DNA of 64,000 nucleotides from Obrimoposthia wandeli (lineage: Eukaryota): the NCBI GenBank assembly GCA_977020255.1, contig CDROCS010005962.1, positions 62,001 to 126,000 on the forward strand. The letters are read 5' to 3'. Below the pieces are notes generated by a model that saw only the letters and a list, made by a program, of their open reading frames with translations, did no database searches and had not been told where the DNA came from. The position numbers and the translations under genes were made by a program. Within the stretch, counting starts at the first letter, position 1. Each line of letters begins with the position of its first letter. Below are positions 31,141 through 42,300 of the stretch, piece by piece.

Positions 31141-31989
31141 TTAATCTTTACGTTCAAAGCGCGAGCTTCGTAAGCTGTCTTTAACTTTCTTTAAGTTGTC
31201 TCTAAATTTTGTACCGCGGCGCAGGGTAAAGCCGGTAGCTAAACAATCAATTAATGTTAACTGGGCAATGCGTGATGCCATTGGCATATATAAGTCGGTG
31301 TCTTCTGCAACATCTACTGAAAGTACAATGTTACATTCTTTAGCTAACGGGGTGCCGGCGGTTGTAATTCCAATAACCGTCGCATCATTTTCGCGAGCTA
31401 AACTTGCCACATCAACTAAAGATTTTGTTCTACCCGTATGAGAAATAACCACTACCACATCACCTTGCCGACTATTTATAGCACTCATACGTTGCATTAA
31501 TATGTCATCAAAATAGACAACAGGCACATTGAAGCGAAAAAATTTATTTTGCGCGTCATGTGCAACGACGGCAGAAGCACCTAAGCCAAAAAACGAAATT
31601 TTATTTGCTTGAGTAAGTAGGTCTACTGAACGGTTGATTGTTGATGTGTCTAAACTTTTGCGGGCGAGTTCTAAATTTGCCATGGTTGATTCAAAAATTT
31701 TTGATGTATATTCTTCAGCCGAATCATTTTCATCTACATGACGATTTACGTAGGGTGTACCATTGGCTAAGCTTTGCGCTAAATGGAGTTTAAAGTCCGG
31801 ATAACCTTTAGTATCGAGTCGTCGGCAAAATCGATTTACGGTGGGCTCACTTATGTTAGCTTGTTTGGCTAAGGCAGCAATGCTGGCATGTATAACAGTA
31901 CCTGGTGATGATAATATAACTTCTGCAACTTTACGTTCAGACTTGCTAAAAGTATCTAACTCGTTGGCGATCTTTTCTAATATATTCAT
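31141..31989 (-). CDS. hexR: RpiR-family regulator HexR
   Basis: SKSERKVAEVIL, SEPTVNRFCR HTH plus SIS domain; divergent from zwf. Confidence 0.93.
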   Translation of the reverse strand: MNILEKIANELDTFSKSERKVAEVILSSPGTVIHASIAALAKQANISEPTVNRFCRRLDTKGYPDFKLHLAQSLANGTPYVNRHVDENDSAEEYTSKIFESTMANLELARKSLDTSTINRSVDLLTQANKISFFGLGASAVVAHDAQNKFFRFNVPVVYFDDILMQRMSAINSRQGDVVVVISHTGRTKSLVDVASLARENDATVIGITTAGTPLAKECNIVLSVDVAEDTDLYMPMASRIAQLTLIDCLATGFTLRRGTKFRDNLKKVKDSLRSSRFERKD

Positions 31990-32214
31990 TGCTTTTAAGC
32001 CTTAGCGTGTTACTTAATTGGTCATATTATTGGTTTATGCTTACCAATTGTAGGGTAACTGTAGTTTATTTTCTGTTTTCAAAACAGAATTTATGAAAAT
32101 TTATTTCACAATTTAGACTAATATAATGCAAAAGTGCTAAAACTTGCAAACCTTTAATCTTTTTTCGTAACAAAGTTGCCTTAGAGGCGTTATTCTTAAA
32201 TGAAAATCAAATAA

Positions 32215-32229
32215 TGTAATAATATTACA
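32215..32229. promoter_or_regulatory. HexR operator
   Basis: TGTAAT-AAT-ATTACA palindrome in the hexR-zwf intergenic region, matching the known HexR motif. Confidence 0.8.
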
Positions 32230-32303
32230 AAAAGAGCTTTACTGATGAAGCTATAGCAGATAAATTAGCTTTAAATGTACTTTAGTTACAATAAAATAAA
32301 TAA

Positions 32304-33788
32304 TTGAGAACACATGCTATGAAAAACATAGATTGCCCTTTAGCAAGCGAAATTGTTATTTTTGGAGCGTTAGGTGATTTGTCACGCCGCAAACTTTTAC
32401 CTTCTTTATATCAATTAGAGCTTGCGGGCTTATTGAGTGACGATACTCGTATTATTGCGGTAGCTCGAAATGAGTTGAACATCGAACAATTTAGCAAGCA
32501 GGTTGAAGATAGCTTAGAGGAATTTATTTCTGAAGCCTTAGTCCCTGATACGGTGAGCAAGTTTCTAGCAAAATTGGTTTATCAACAACTCGATTTTAAA
32601 GAAACTAAGTCTTACAGTAAATTAGCTAAAACTTTATCAGAGGCAGACGGGGCACGTGTTTACTATTACTCTACACCACCAGCCATTTATGGTGATATTA
32701 GTGAAGGTTTAAAAGCCGCTAAGTTAATTAATAATAGTGACAGGGTCGTCATGGAAAAACCAATCGGTCATTGCCTTGAGTCATCTAAAGTGATTAATGA
32801 TCAGGTTTCTCGTTTCTTTAAGGAAAATCAAATTTACCGTATCGACCATTATTTAGGTAAAGAAACGGTATTAAACCTTCTAGTGCTACGTTTTGCGAAT
32901 ACACTTTTTACCAATAACTGGGATAGAAACTGCATTGATCATGTGCAAATAACGGTTGCTGAAAGTGTTGGCATTGAAGGGCGTTGGGGCTTTTATGATG
33001 AAGCCGGACAAATGCGAGATATGGTGCAAAACCATTTACTACAAGTGCTGTCATTATTAGCCATGGAGCCACCCGCAAATTTAAGTGCTGATAGTGTTCG
33101 TGATGAAAAGTTAAAAGTAATCAAAGCGCTTAAACCGATCACCCGTCAAAATGTTAAAGATAAAACCGTGCGCGGCCAATATGCTGATGGCTATTTAAAT
33201 GGTGTTGCTGTTCCTGGTTATTTGAACGAAGAAGGTGCTAAAACCAATAGCTCAACAGAGACTTTTGTCGCTATTAAAGCTGAAATTGATAACTGGCGTT
33301 GGGCTGGTGTGCCATTTTATTTGCGTACAGGTAAACGTATGCCGCAAAAACACAGCGAAATTGTCGTGCACTTCAAACAACAAGCTCATAATATTTTTAG
33401 TGAAAGCTATGCTGATTTACCATCAAATAAATTAACGATTCGTCTGCAACCCGATGAAGGTGTTGAGCTTGAGATGATGAATAAAATTCCGGGTATTGCT
33501 TCGCAAATGCAAATTCACGAAAACAAACTCGATTTAAGCTTTTCTCAAGCGTATGACAATCAGCGTGTTGTTGACGCTTACGAGCGCTTGTTACTTGAGG
33601 TGATTAAAGGAGATCAATCTTTATTCGTTCGTCGTGATGAAGTTGAAGCAGCATGGGAATGGGCTGATAGTATTATTGCTGCTTGGCAATCAACCCATGA
33701 AGCGCCAAAACCTTATGCTGCTGGCTCATGGGGACCGGTGTCTTCTATTTCTCTAATCGCACGCGATGATCGACAGTGGGTAGAATAA
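32304..33788 (+). CDS. zwf: Glucose-6-phosphate 1-dehydrogenase
   Basis: GALGDLSRRKL, RIDHYLGKE, YLRTGKR motifs. The start could be ATG 32319. Confidence 0.97.
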   Translation: MRTHAMKNIDCPLASEIVIFGALGDLSRRKLLPSLYQLELAGLLSDDTRIIAVARNELNIEQFSKQVEDSLEEFISEALVPDTVSKFLAKLVYQQLDFKETKSYSKLAKTLSEADGARVYYYSTPPAIYGDISEGLKAAKLINNSDRVVMEKPIGHCLESSKVINDQVSRFFKENQIYRIDHYLGKETVLNLLVLRFANTLFTNNWDRNCIDHVQITVAESVGIEGRWGFYDEAGQMRDMVQNHLLQVLSLLAMEPPANLSADSVRDEKLKVIKALKPITRQNVKDKTVRGQYADGYLNGVAVPGYLNEEGAKTNSSTETFVAIKAEIDNWRWAGVPFYLRTGKRMPQKHSEIVVHFKQQAHNIFSESYADLPSNKLTIRLQPDEGVELEMMNKIPGIASQMQIHENKLDLSFSQAYDNQRVVDAYERLLLEVIKGDQSLFVRRDEVEAAWEWADSIIAAWQSTHEAPKPYAAGSWGPVSSISLIARDDRQWVE

Positions 33789-34480
33789 TGTATCAAATTA
33801 ATGAATTCGAACAACGTAAAATATTAGATGAAGCACTTGCCGATAACGTTGCGGCAATATTAACCGCTGCGGTTAATACCAAGGGTAGCGCAAGTATTGC
33901 GGTTTCTGGTGGCTCTACACCGAAAGGCTTTTTCCATGCCTTGTCAAAGAAAAAACTGGCATGGCAAGCGATCACGGTTACCTTGGCAGATGAGCGCTGG
34001 GTAGCGATTGATTCAAGCGAAAGTAATACTAAGCTAGTCTATGAAAACCTGTTACAAAACGAAGCGGTTAATGCCAAATTTTTTCACTTGAAACAGGGTG
34101 AAACACTCGGCGATGAAACTTTAGATGATTTAAATTTAGCGGCACACCAGCAATTGTTACCTTTGGATGTGCTCATTTTAGGCATGGGTGAAGATGGCCA
34201 TACCGCTTCGTTATTTCCATGCAGTGATCAAATAGCGTCTTGTTTATCACTCAATAGTCCGGCTTTATTAAAAGTTGTGCCGACAACGGCGCCACATCAA
34301 CGAATTACCTTTAGCTTTGCGGCATTAGCAAAAAGTAAAAATACTTTTTTACACATCAGTGGCGTAAGTAAAAAACAAGTATTAGCGAAAGCGATTGCCG
34401 GACAAGAATGTAAAGAAATGCCGATCAGAGCATTTTTACAAGCGCCAGACGTTAACACACAAGTATATTGGGCAGAATAA
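33788..34480 (+). CDS. pgl: 6-phosphogluconolactonase
   Basis: SGGSTP, DERWV, LGMGEDGHTASLFP motifs; ATG overlaps the zwf stop. Confidence 0.95.
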   Translation: MYQINEFEQRKILDEALADNVAAILTAAVNTKGSASIAVSGGSTPKGFFHALSKKKLAWQAITVTLADERWVAIDSSESNTKLVYENLLQNEAVNAKFFHLKQGETLGDETLDDLNLAAHQQLLPLDVLILGMGEDGHTASLFPCSDQIASCLSLNSPALLKVVPTTAPHQRITFSFAALAKSKNTFLHISGVSKKQVLAKAIAGQECKEMPIRAFLQAPDVNTQVYWAE

Positions 34481-36330
34481 TGATGAATAAATATGTTATG
34501 AACAAAAATGTTTTAAAAATTACCCAGCGAATTATTGATCGCAGCAAAACAAGCCGTAGCGCTTACCTAGAAAAAATAGCGGGTGAAAAATCAACCACTG
34601 TCCACCGAGCTAGCTTATCTTGTGGCAACTTAGCGCATGGTTTTGCCGCTTGTGGTAAAGATGATAAAGCAACTTTACGTGGTGTTAATCACTCTGATGT
34701 TGCTATTATTTCAGCTTACAATGATATGCTTTCAGCGCATCAACCTTACCAAACTTATCCTGAAATCATCAAAGCAGCGGTAAAAGAAACTGGCGGGGTA
34801 GCACAATTTGCTGGTGGTGTTCCTGCGATGTGTGATGGTGTTACACAGGGTCAACCAGGTATGGATTTAAGCCTGATGAGCCGTGATGTTATTGCAATGT
34901 CGACCGCTGTAGCCTTATCTCATAATATGTTTGATGGCGCATTGATGTTAGGCATTTGCGACAAAATAGTACCCGGTTTGATGATCGCTAGTATGACCTT
35001 TGGTCATTTACCGACGGTATTTGTTCCTGCTGGTCCAATGCCTTCAGGCTTACCAAATAAAGATAAAGCCCGTGTTCGTCAGCAATATGCTCAAGGCGAA
35101 GTGGGCGAAGAAGAATTATTGGAAGCCGAGTCGGCGTCTTATCATAGCGCAGGTACTTGTACGTTTTTTGGTACCGCTAATTCTAATCAATTAGTCGTTG
35201 AGGTAATGGGCTTACATTTGCCAGGGGCATCTTTTGTTGCGCCAAACACCCAATTACGTGAAGAGCTAACTAAAGCGGCAGCGCGACAAGTGACGCGTTT
35301 GACTCAGCAATCAGGCAATTATATGCCAATAGGCAAAATGGTTGATGAACGCTCAATTGTGAATGCCATTGTTGCTTTATTAGCAACGGGCGGTTCAACT
35401 AACCTAACCATGCACATTATCGCTTTCGCTAAAGCGGCAGGTATCATTATTAACTTCCAAGATTTTAATGATTTATCTGATGCCGTGCCATTACTAACTC
35501 GTATTTATCCGAATGGTCATGCTGATATTAACCAATTTCAAGAAGCGGGTGGCATGGCCTTGTTGTTTAAAGAATTGATTGAATCTGGCTTGGTCCATGA
35601 AGATGTTGAAACTATTTGTGGCCGCGGTTTAACACGTTATACCCAGCGTCCGGTCATGGAAAATGGCAAATTAGTTTGGATCGACGGAGCGACGAGCTCA
35701 GGTGATGCCGAAATTATTGCCACTGTTGAAAAACCTTTTAGTAGTCATGGTGGCTTACAAGTTATGAAAGGTAACTTAGGTATTTCAGTGCTGAAAACTT
35801 CATCACTTCGTGAAGGCAGCTTTGTTATTAAAGCACCTGCGGTAGTTTTTGAAGATCAACATGAGCTAGATATTGCTTTTAATGCCGGTGAATTAGAAAA
35901 AGACTTTATTGCTGTTGTTCGCTTTCAAGGGCCCAAAGCTCGCGGTATGCCTGAATTACACAAATTAACGCCACCGTTAGGCGTGTTACAAGACAAGGGT
36001 TTTAAAGTGGCTTTAGTGACTGATGGCAGAATGTCAGGCGCGTCTGGTAAAGTACCAGCAGCTATTCATTTATGCCCAGAAGCATTAGACGGCGGCTTAA
36101 TATCTAAGATTAAAACTGGTGATATGATCTTACTTGACGGTGAAAGTGGTGAGTTAACCTTATTAGTTGATGAAAGTGAGCTAGCAGCACGTGAAAACGC
36201 ATTGTTTAAAGTGAATGGTCATCATCAAGGAATGGGACGTGAACTATTTGGCTTTATGCGTCGAAACTTAAGCTCTGCTGAAACGGGTGCATGCTCATTG
36301 TTTGATGACAATATTGTTGGTGGTGCTTAA
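34480..36330 (+). CDS. edd: Phosphogluconate dehydratase
   Basis: [37 protein letters not shown] motifs. Confidence 0.97.
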   Translation: MMNKYVMNKNVLKITQRIIDRSKTSRSAYLEKIAGEKSTTVHRASLSCGNLAHGFAACGKDDKATLRGVNHSDVAIISAYNDMLSAHQPYQTYPEIIKAAVKETGGVAQFAGGVPAMCDGVTQGQPGMDLSLMSRDVIAMSTAVALSHNMFDGALMLGICDKIVPGLMIASMTFGHLPTVFVPAGPMPSGLPNKDKARVRQQYAQGEVGEEELLEAESASYHSAGTCTFFGTANSNQLVVEVMGLHLPGASFVAPNTQLREELTKAAARQVTRLTQQSGNYMPIGKMVDERSIVNAIVALLATGGSTNLTMHIIAFAKAAGIIINFQDFNDLSDAVPLLTRIYPNGHADINQFQEAGGMALLFKELIESGLVHEDVETICGRGLTRYTQRPVMENGKLVWIDGATSSGDAEIIATVEKPFSSHGGLQVMKGNLGISVLKTSSLREGSFVIKAPAVVFEDQHELDIAFNAGELEKDFIAVVRFQGPKARGMPELHKLTPPLGVLQDKGFKVALVTDGRMSGASGKVPAAIHLCPEALDGGLISKIKTGDMILLDGESGELTLLVDESELAARENALFKVNGHHQGMGRELFGFMRRNLSSAETGACSLFDDNIVGGA

Positions 36331-36332
36331 GC

Positions 36333-37331
36333 ATGCTCAATAATGAGATAAACATTATTGCTGATATTGGTGGCACCAATATGCGCGTTGCACAAATAAA
36401 TGAGCAAGGTGACATTGTTAACATCACCATTTATTTGTGTGCTGATTATGTTGGTTTGGCCGAGGTTCTAGCAAACTACATTAGTACTCAGCAGTTAGAA
36501 AACCAACATATTAATGCATGTTTAGCGATTGCTTGTCCGGTAGATAAAGACCTCATTGTGATGACCAACTTACCATGGCAATTTTCCATGACTGAGTTGA
36601 AAGCACAGTTAGGGCTGAGTGAATTGGTGTTAATTAATGACTTTACCGCGATAGCACATGCTATTCCGCAGTTAAGCGCTCAGCAAAAGGTGCAAGTAGG
36701 TAACGGAAACGTTATTGCAAACAAACCTATTTCTATTTGCGGACCAGGCACAGGTTTAGGGGTCGCTAATTTAATATCAATAAATTCTGCTTGGCATAGC
36801 TTAAGCGGTGAAGGTGGGCATGTAGATTTTGCGCCTATTGATCAACAAGAAATCGCTATTTTAAACTTTTTGTTAACTAAATATGACCATGTTTCTTATG
36901 AACAACTGCTGTCAGGTCTTGGTATTGAACAAATTTACCAAGCGCTGAGTTATGCAAAAAATGGCCTTGCTAGCCCATTATCTGCGAAAGAAATTACGGC
37001 CAGTGCATTGTCAAATAATTGCCCGTTGGCCGTTGAGACTTTGGCGCAATTTTGTCGGATTTTAGGCAGCTTTGCCGGTAACCTAGCATTAACGCTAGGA
37101 AGTTATGGCGGAGTGTATATTGCGGGAGGCATTGTTCCACGTTTTATCGAATTTTTCACTGCAAGTGAATTTAGAAAACGCTTCGATGAAAAAGGGCGTT
37201 TATCTAGTTTTAATCATCCTATTGCGACATTTATTGTAACGGAAGAGCAGCCTGGATTGCTTGGTGCTTCGGCATATCTTAAACAGTTGATGTCAGAAAA
37301 AAATACAACTAATCATACTACTAATAGTTAA
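36333..37331 (+). CDS. glk: Glucokinase
   Basis: DIGGTN, INDFTA, GPGTGLG, GEGGH, GVYIAGGI motifs. Confidence 0.95.
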   Translation: MLNNEINIIADIGGTNMRVAQINEQGDIVNITIYLCADYVGLAEVLANYISTQQLENQHINACLAIACPVDKDLIVMTNLPWQFSMTELKAQLGLSELVLINDFTAIAHAIPQLSAQQKVQVGNGNVIANKPISICGPGTGLGVANLISINSAWHSLSGEGGHVDFAPIDQQEIAILNFLLTKYDHVSYEQLLSGLGIEQIYQALSYAKNGLASPLSAKEITASALSNNCPLAVETLAQFCRILGSFAGNLALTLGSYGGVYIAGGIVPRFIEFFTASEFRKRFDEKGRLSSFNHPIATFIVTEEQPGLLGASAYLKQLMSEKNTTNHTTNS

Positions 37332-37339
37332 GAGGAATT

Positions 37340-37987
37340 ATGACGTTATCAAATAATTGGCAGTTGCAGCCAAAGGAACTATTTGCAATGGGCCCGATAG
37401 TTCCCGTGTTGGTGATCGACAATGTTGAAGATGCGCTACCTATCGCAGAAGCATTGCTCGCCGCCGACATTAAAGTACTAGAAGTAACATTGCGCACCCC
37501 TGCAGCATTAGATGTGATCAGTATTATCGCTAAACATCTTCCTCAAGCTATTGTTGGCTCAGGGACAGTAACAAACCGAGATTTGCTACAAAAATCTTAT
37601 GATGCCGGTGCAAAGTTTGCTATTAGCCCAGGTTTAACGAAAGATTTATTACAAGCGGGTAAAGCGGGTGAGCTAGCATTAATTCCTGGTATATCTTCAA
37701 TTTCAGAATTAATGGATGGTATTGATTGCGGTTATGATCATTTGAAATTTTTTCCAGCAGAAGCCTCCGGAGGAGTGAAAGCACTTCAATCAATTGGTGG
37801 ACCATTTCCAGATATTAAATTCTGTCCAACCGGTGGTATTAATTTCAATAATGTTCGTGATTATTTGGCTTTGCCGAATGTTTCATGTTGTGGTGGCTCT
37901 TGGTTGGTCTCTAATGAGATAATTAAACAACGTAATTGGCAAGAAATCACACGTTTAGCTAAACAAGCATTAGCGCATGTAAAATAG
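37340..37987 (+). CDS. eda: KDPG aldolase
   Basis: LEVTLRT, LKFFPAE, FCPTGGI motifs. Confidence 0.96.
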   Translation: MTLSNNWQLQPKELFAMGPIVPVLVIDNVEDALPIAEALLAADIKVLEVTLRTPAALDVISIIAKHLPQAIVGSGTVTNRDLLQKSYDAGAKFAISPGLTKDLLQAGKAGELALIPGISSISELMDGIDCGYDHLKFFPAEASGGVKALQSIGGPFPDIKFCPTGGINFNNVRDYLALPNVSCCGGSWLVSNEIIKQRNWQEITRLAKQALAHVK

Positions 37988-38008
37988 TACGTGATTATTC
38001 TCACTCTT

Positions 38009-38032
38009 AACCAGGTTTTACCTGGTTTTTTT
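38009..38032 (+). terminator. Terminator of the ED operon
   Basis: AACCAGG-TTTTA-CCTGGTT followed by a T run. Confidence 0.7.
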
Positions 38033-38377
38033 ATGCTTAAATACTTTCAATAATCATTATATATAATAAGGCAGGTGCCTCTTTATGATTCATGTGTAGA
38101 CAATATTATATTTAGGGTTAAGATATTTGAAATTATGCTACACTTGTTAAAGGCTGTGTTAATTTAGTCATTTATTTTTAATGGTTCTGTATTAAGTTTG
38201 TAACTTTAATTCAATTTTTATTGTACTCTTTAATAAGAGTTGTCATTAAAATAAACGTATCAGTACGTGCTAGAAGTAAAAAATGGTAGAGCTTTATTTG
38301 TCATACTTTTTAACAGTATACATATTTTAATTTTATTTTTTTATTTTAATGCTTGAATTTAAAGGGTTATATATTTT

Positions 38378-38393
38378 TGGTATTGATTTTGCA
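38378..38393 (+). promoter_or_regulatory. Putative sigma54 (-24/-12) promoter
   Basis: TGGTATTGATTTTGCA (GG-N10-GC) ~75 bp upstream of a PEP-CTERM gene. Confidence 0.5.
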
Positions 38394-38468
38394 TCTACAT
38401 TGAGTAGTAGCTATATATGTTTTTTACAAGATAAAGTTAATGACCCGTTAAGGGCTTAAGGAAGTAGT

Positions 38469-39035
38469 ATGAGTTCTAAAATCATAAATATTATTGCAGT
38501 TTGTATGCTATCCCTTTTTGTTGTGGATAGAGCTAATGCTGGATTAATGGTTGGTGACATTTATTCAGATGATGCAGGTATTCAATGGCAATATGTGGGT
38601 CTGTTTGATCTGGCGAATGGCGAACACTACACCAAAAATGGCATTGTACAAAATGTTCAAACATACAACGGCATTGAAGCTGCAGAGTTAAACTTTGGCC
38701 CCCTTACCGGCGATGAAATTTATGCATTAAGTTCAAATAAATACGATGAATTTGTGTTTGAGTTTGGTGGCATTGACGGTTTTGTTAACCATAAGGCATA
38801 TTACGACAGCTTTAATGGTTCTATTAAACAGTCTGCTGAAAACATATCAACTAATAATGCTGGTGGTTTTGGTTATGATGCAGTAGGTGACCTATCAGCA
38901 TTTGTATATGATAGAAGCACACTAGGGCAGTATGAAAATCATGTGTTCAAATCAATCTCTGTTCCAGAGCCTTCTACAATTGCTATATTTGCACTAGCAC
39001 TAGCTGGAATAGTGGTTCGTCGTTTACAAAAATAA
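38469..39035 (+). CDS. PEP-CTERM sorting-domain protein
   Basis: N-terminal signal peptide and C-terminal VPEPSTIAIFALALAGIVVRRLQK. Confidence 0.92.
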   Translation: MSSKIINIIAVCMLSLFVVDRANAGLMVGDIYSDDAGIQWQYVGLFDLANGEHYTKNGIVQNVQTYNGIEAAELNFGPLTGDEIYALSSNKYDEFVFEFGGIDGFVNHKAYYDSFNGSIKQSAENISTNNAGGFGYDAVGDLSAFVYDRSTLGQYENHVFKSISVPEPSTIAIFALALAGIVVRRLQK

Positions 39036-39381
39036 TAATGTTGTTTTTAAGATATTGGCGGTGTCATTTGATACCGTCAATACTAGTGAACAACAGTTGT
39101 TTTCATATTCAGTTTTATCTCTAAAACTATAGATCTCAATTTATAAATAACCTTTATTTCCCCATCATTATTTGAGTCTCAGACTTTTACTTTTTTATTC
39201 AATAAAATAAATTAATTTAGTTATCAATAATTTCATAAAAGTACTATATAAAAAGACGTTGTTTTTAGTCTAAATACTTGTAGTATGTCTATCTATTAGT
39301 ATATTTAAAGTTATCAATCAGCTACAGAATTTCTAGCTTGTTTAGAGTATGTAATTGGCCGAACCATTAGGAATGTTGTTT

Positions 39382-42300
39382 ATGGAAAACTATACAAACC
39401 CAAAAAATGCGAAAATCATTAATGTTAAAGGTGAAATTCATACGGGACAGGCCGAAAATCCTCTTTTACAAGTCGGCGATAATATTAAGGTAGGTGCTGT
39501 ACTTAATCTCGTTGAAGGAAGTGAAGTTATACTAGCTTTCGAAGATGGAAGTCAACATCGAATTTATAGTACTGAAAACGGTTTGATCAATGAAACTCTA
39601 ACCGATGTTGCTGGAAATTTTGCTATAGAAGCTATTGATAGCAGTGACACGAATAGTATTGAAGATGAAATATCTGCTATTCAGGATTTAATTGATTCTG
39701 GAGACGATGTTGATCTTCCTGAAACTGCTGCTGGTTTGGTTAATAATGAAGGAACAAGTTTTGTCACCCTTAATCGAACGGGCGATGAAACATTAGCACA
39801 AGCAGGATACGATACGACAGAACAAAATATCCCCCCGGCTTTAGAAAATGATTTCTTAGCAAATGCTAATAGAGATACTCTTCTTGAAATCAATGACGAA
39901 ATACAACCGGTGAATTCAACATTATCAGATAATAATGAAATAGTTATTACTGCAGAAGATACTGAAATTTCTGGGAATGTGCTTGATAACGGTACTAGTA
40001 ATACTGGCCCATTAGTAATCACGAATTTTACGGTTGAAGGCAATACGTACAATGCCGGTGATACCGTCACGGTTACAGGTGGTGAGCTAACTATCAATGC
40101 GGACGGTACTTATACCTTCACACCAAATGATAATTTCAATGGTGCTGTGCCCGTTATTTCTTATACGGTTACAGACGGTGCCGGTGATACCGACATTTCG
40201 ACCTTAACGATTGCTGTGACACCCACGTCAGATCTAACAGACGGCGATGAGTCGGTAACGACGACAGAAGATACGCCTGTTTCAGGTAATGTGTTGGTGA
40301 ACGCAAATACCGCTGATGGCCCGCTAACGGTGACGAACTTTACGGTTGAAGGTAATACTTATGCTGCAGGTGATACCGTATCGGTCACGGGTGGTGAGTT
40401 AACCATTAATGCGGATGGTACTTATACCTTTACACCAAATGATAACTTTAATGGTGCTGTCCCAGTGATTTCTTATACGGTGACTGATGGTGCCGGTGAT
40501 ACTGACATTTCTACGTTAACCATTGCCGTGACACCTGTTTCCGATCTAACTGATGGTAATGAGTCTGTCACCACGACAGAAGATACGCCTGTTGCAGGCA
40601 ATGTATTGGCAAACGCAAATACCGCTGATGGCCCGCTAACGGTGACGAACTTTACCGTTGAAGGCAATACTTATGCTGCAGGTGATACCGTATCGGTCAC
40701 GGGTGGTGAGCTAACTATCAACGCGGACGGTACTTATACCTTCACACCAAGCGATAATTTCAATGGCACGGTCCCAGTGATTTCTTATACGGTGACTGAT
40801 GGTGCCGGTGATACTGACATTTCCACATTAACGATTGCCGTGACGCCTGTATCTGATCTTACGGATGGCAATGAGTCAGTTACCACGACAGAAGATAATC
40901 CTGTTTCAGGGGAACGTGTTGGCGAAACGCAAATACCGCTGATAACGGTGATGAACTGTTGAAGGAATACTTATGCTGCAGGTGATACCGTATCGGTCAC
41001 GGGTGGTGAGTTAACCATCAATGCCGATGGTACTTATACATTTACACCTAATGATAACTTTAATGGTGCTGTGCCCGTTATTTCTTACACAGTTACCGAT
41101 GGGGCTGGTGATACTGACATTTCTACATTAACGATTGCCGTGACACCTGTTTCCGATCTAACTGATGGAGATGAATCTGTCACCACGACAGAAGATAATC
41201 CTGTTTCAGGTAATGTCTTAGCGAATGCAAACACGGTTGATGGTCCATTAACAGTGACGAACTTTACCGTCGAAGGTAATACTTACAATGCCGGTGATAC
41301 CGTCACGGTTACAGGTGGTGAGCTAACTATTAATGCGGATGGTACTTATACCTTCACACCAAATGATAATTTCAATGGTGCTGTGCCCGTTATTTCTTAT
41401 ACGGTGACTGATGGTGCGGGTGATACCGACATTTCGACCTTAACGATTGCTGTGACACCCACGTCAGATCTAACAGACGGCGATGAGTCGGTAACGACGA
41501 CAGAAGATACGCCTGTTTCAGGTAATGTGTTGGCAAACGCAAATACCGCTGATGGCCCGCTAACGGTGACGAACTTTACGGTTGAAGGTAATACTTATGC
41601 TGCAGGTGATACCGTATCGGTCACGGGTGGTGAGTTAACCATTAATGCGGATGGTACTTATACCTTCACTCCTAATGATAATTTTAATGGCACGGTCCCA
41701 GTGATTTCTTATACGGTTACAGACGGTGCCGGTGATACCGACACTTCTACGTTAACCATTGCCGTGACACCTGTTTCCGATCTAACTGATGGTAATGAGT
41801 CTGTCACCACGACAGAAGATACGCCTGTTGCAGGTAATATATTAACAAATGCAAATACCGCTGATGGTCCATTAACGGTGACTAACTTTACGGTTGAAGG
41901 GAATACTTACAATGCCGGTGACACCGTCACGGTTACGGGTGGTGAGCTAACTATCAACGCGGATGGTACATATACCTTTACACCAAATGATAATTTTAAT
42001 GGTGCTGTGCCCGTTATTTCTTATACGGTGACTGATGGTGCGGGTGATACCGACATTTCGACCTTAACGATTGCCGTGACACCTGTTTCCGATCTAACAG
42101 ACGGCGATGAGTCGGTAACGACGACAGAAGATACGCCTGTTTCAGGTAATATATTAACAAATGCAAATACCGCTGATGGTCCATTAACGGTGACGAACTT
42201 TACGGTTGAAGGCAATGCTTACAATGCCGGTGATACCGTATCGGTCACGGGTGGTGAGTTAACCATTAATGCTGATGGTACTTATACCTTTACACCAAAC

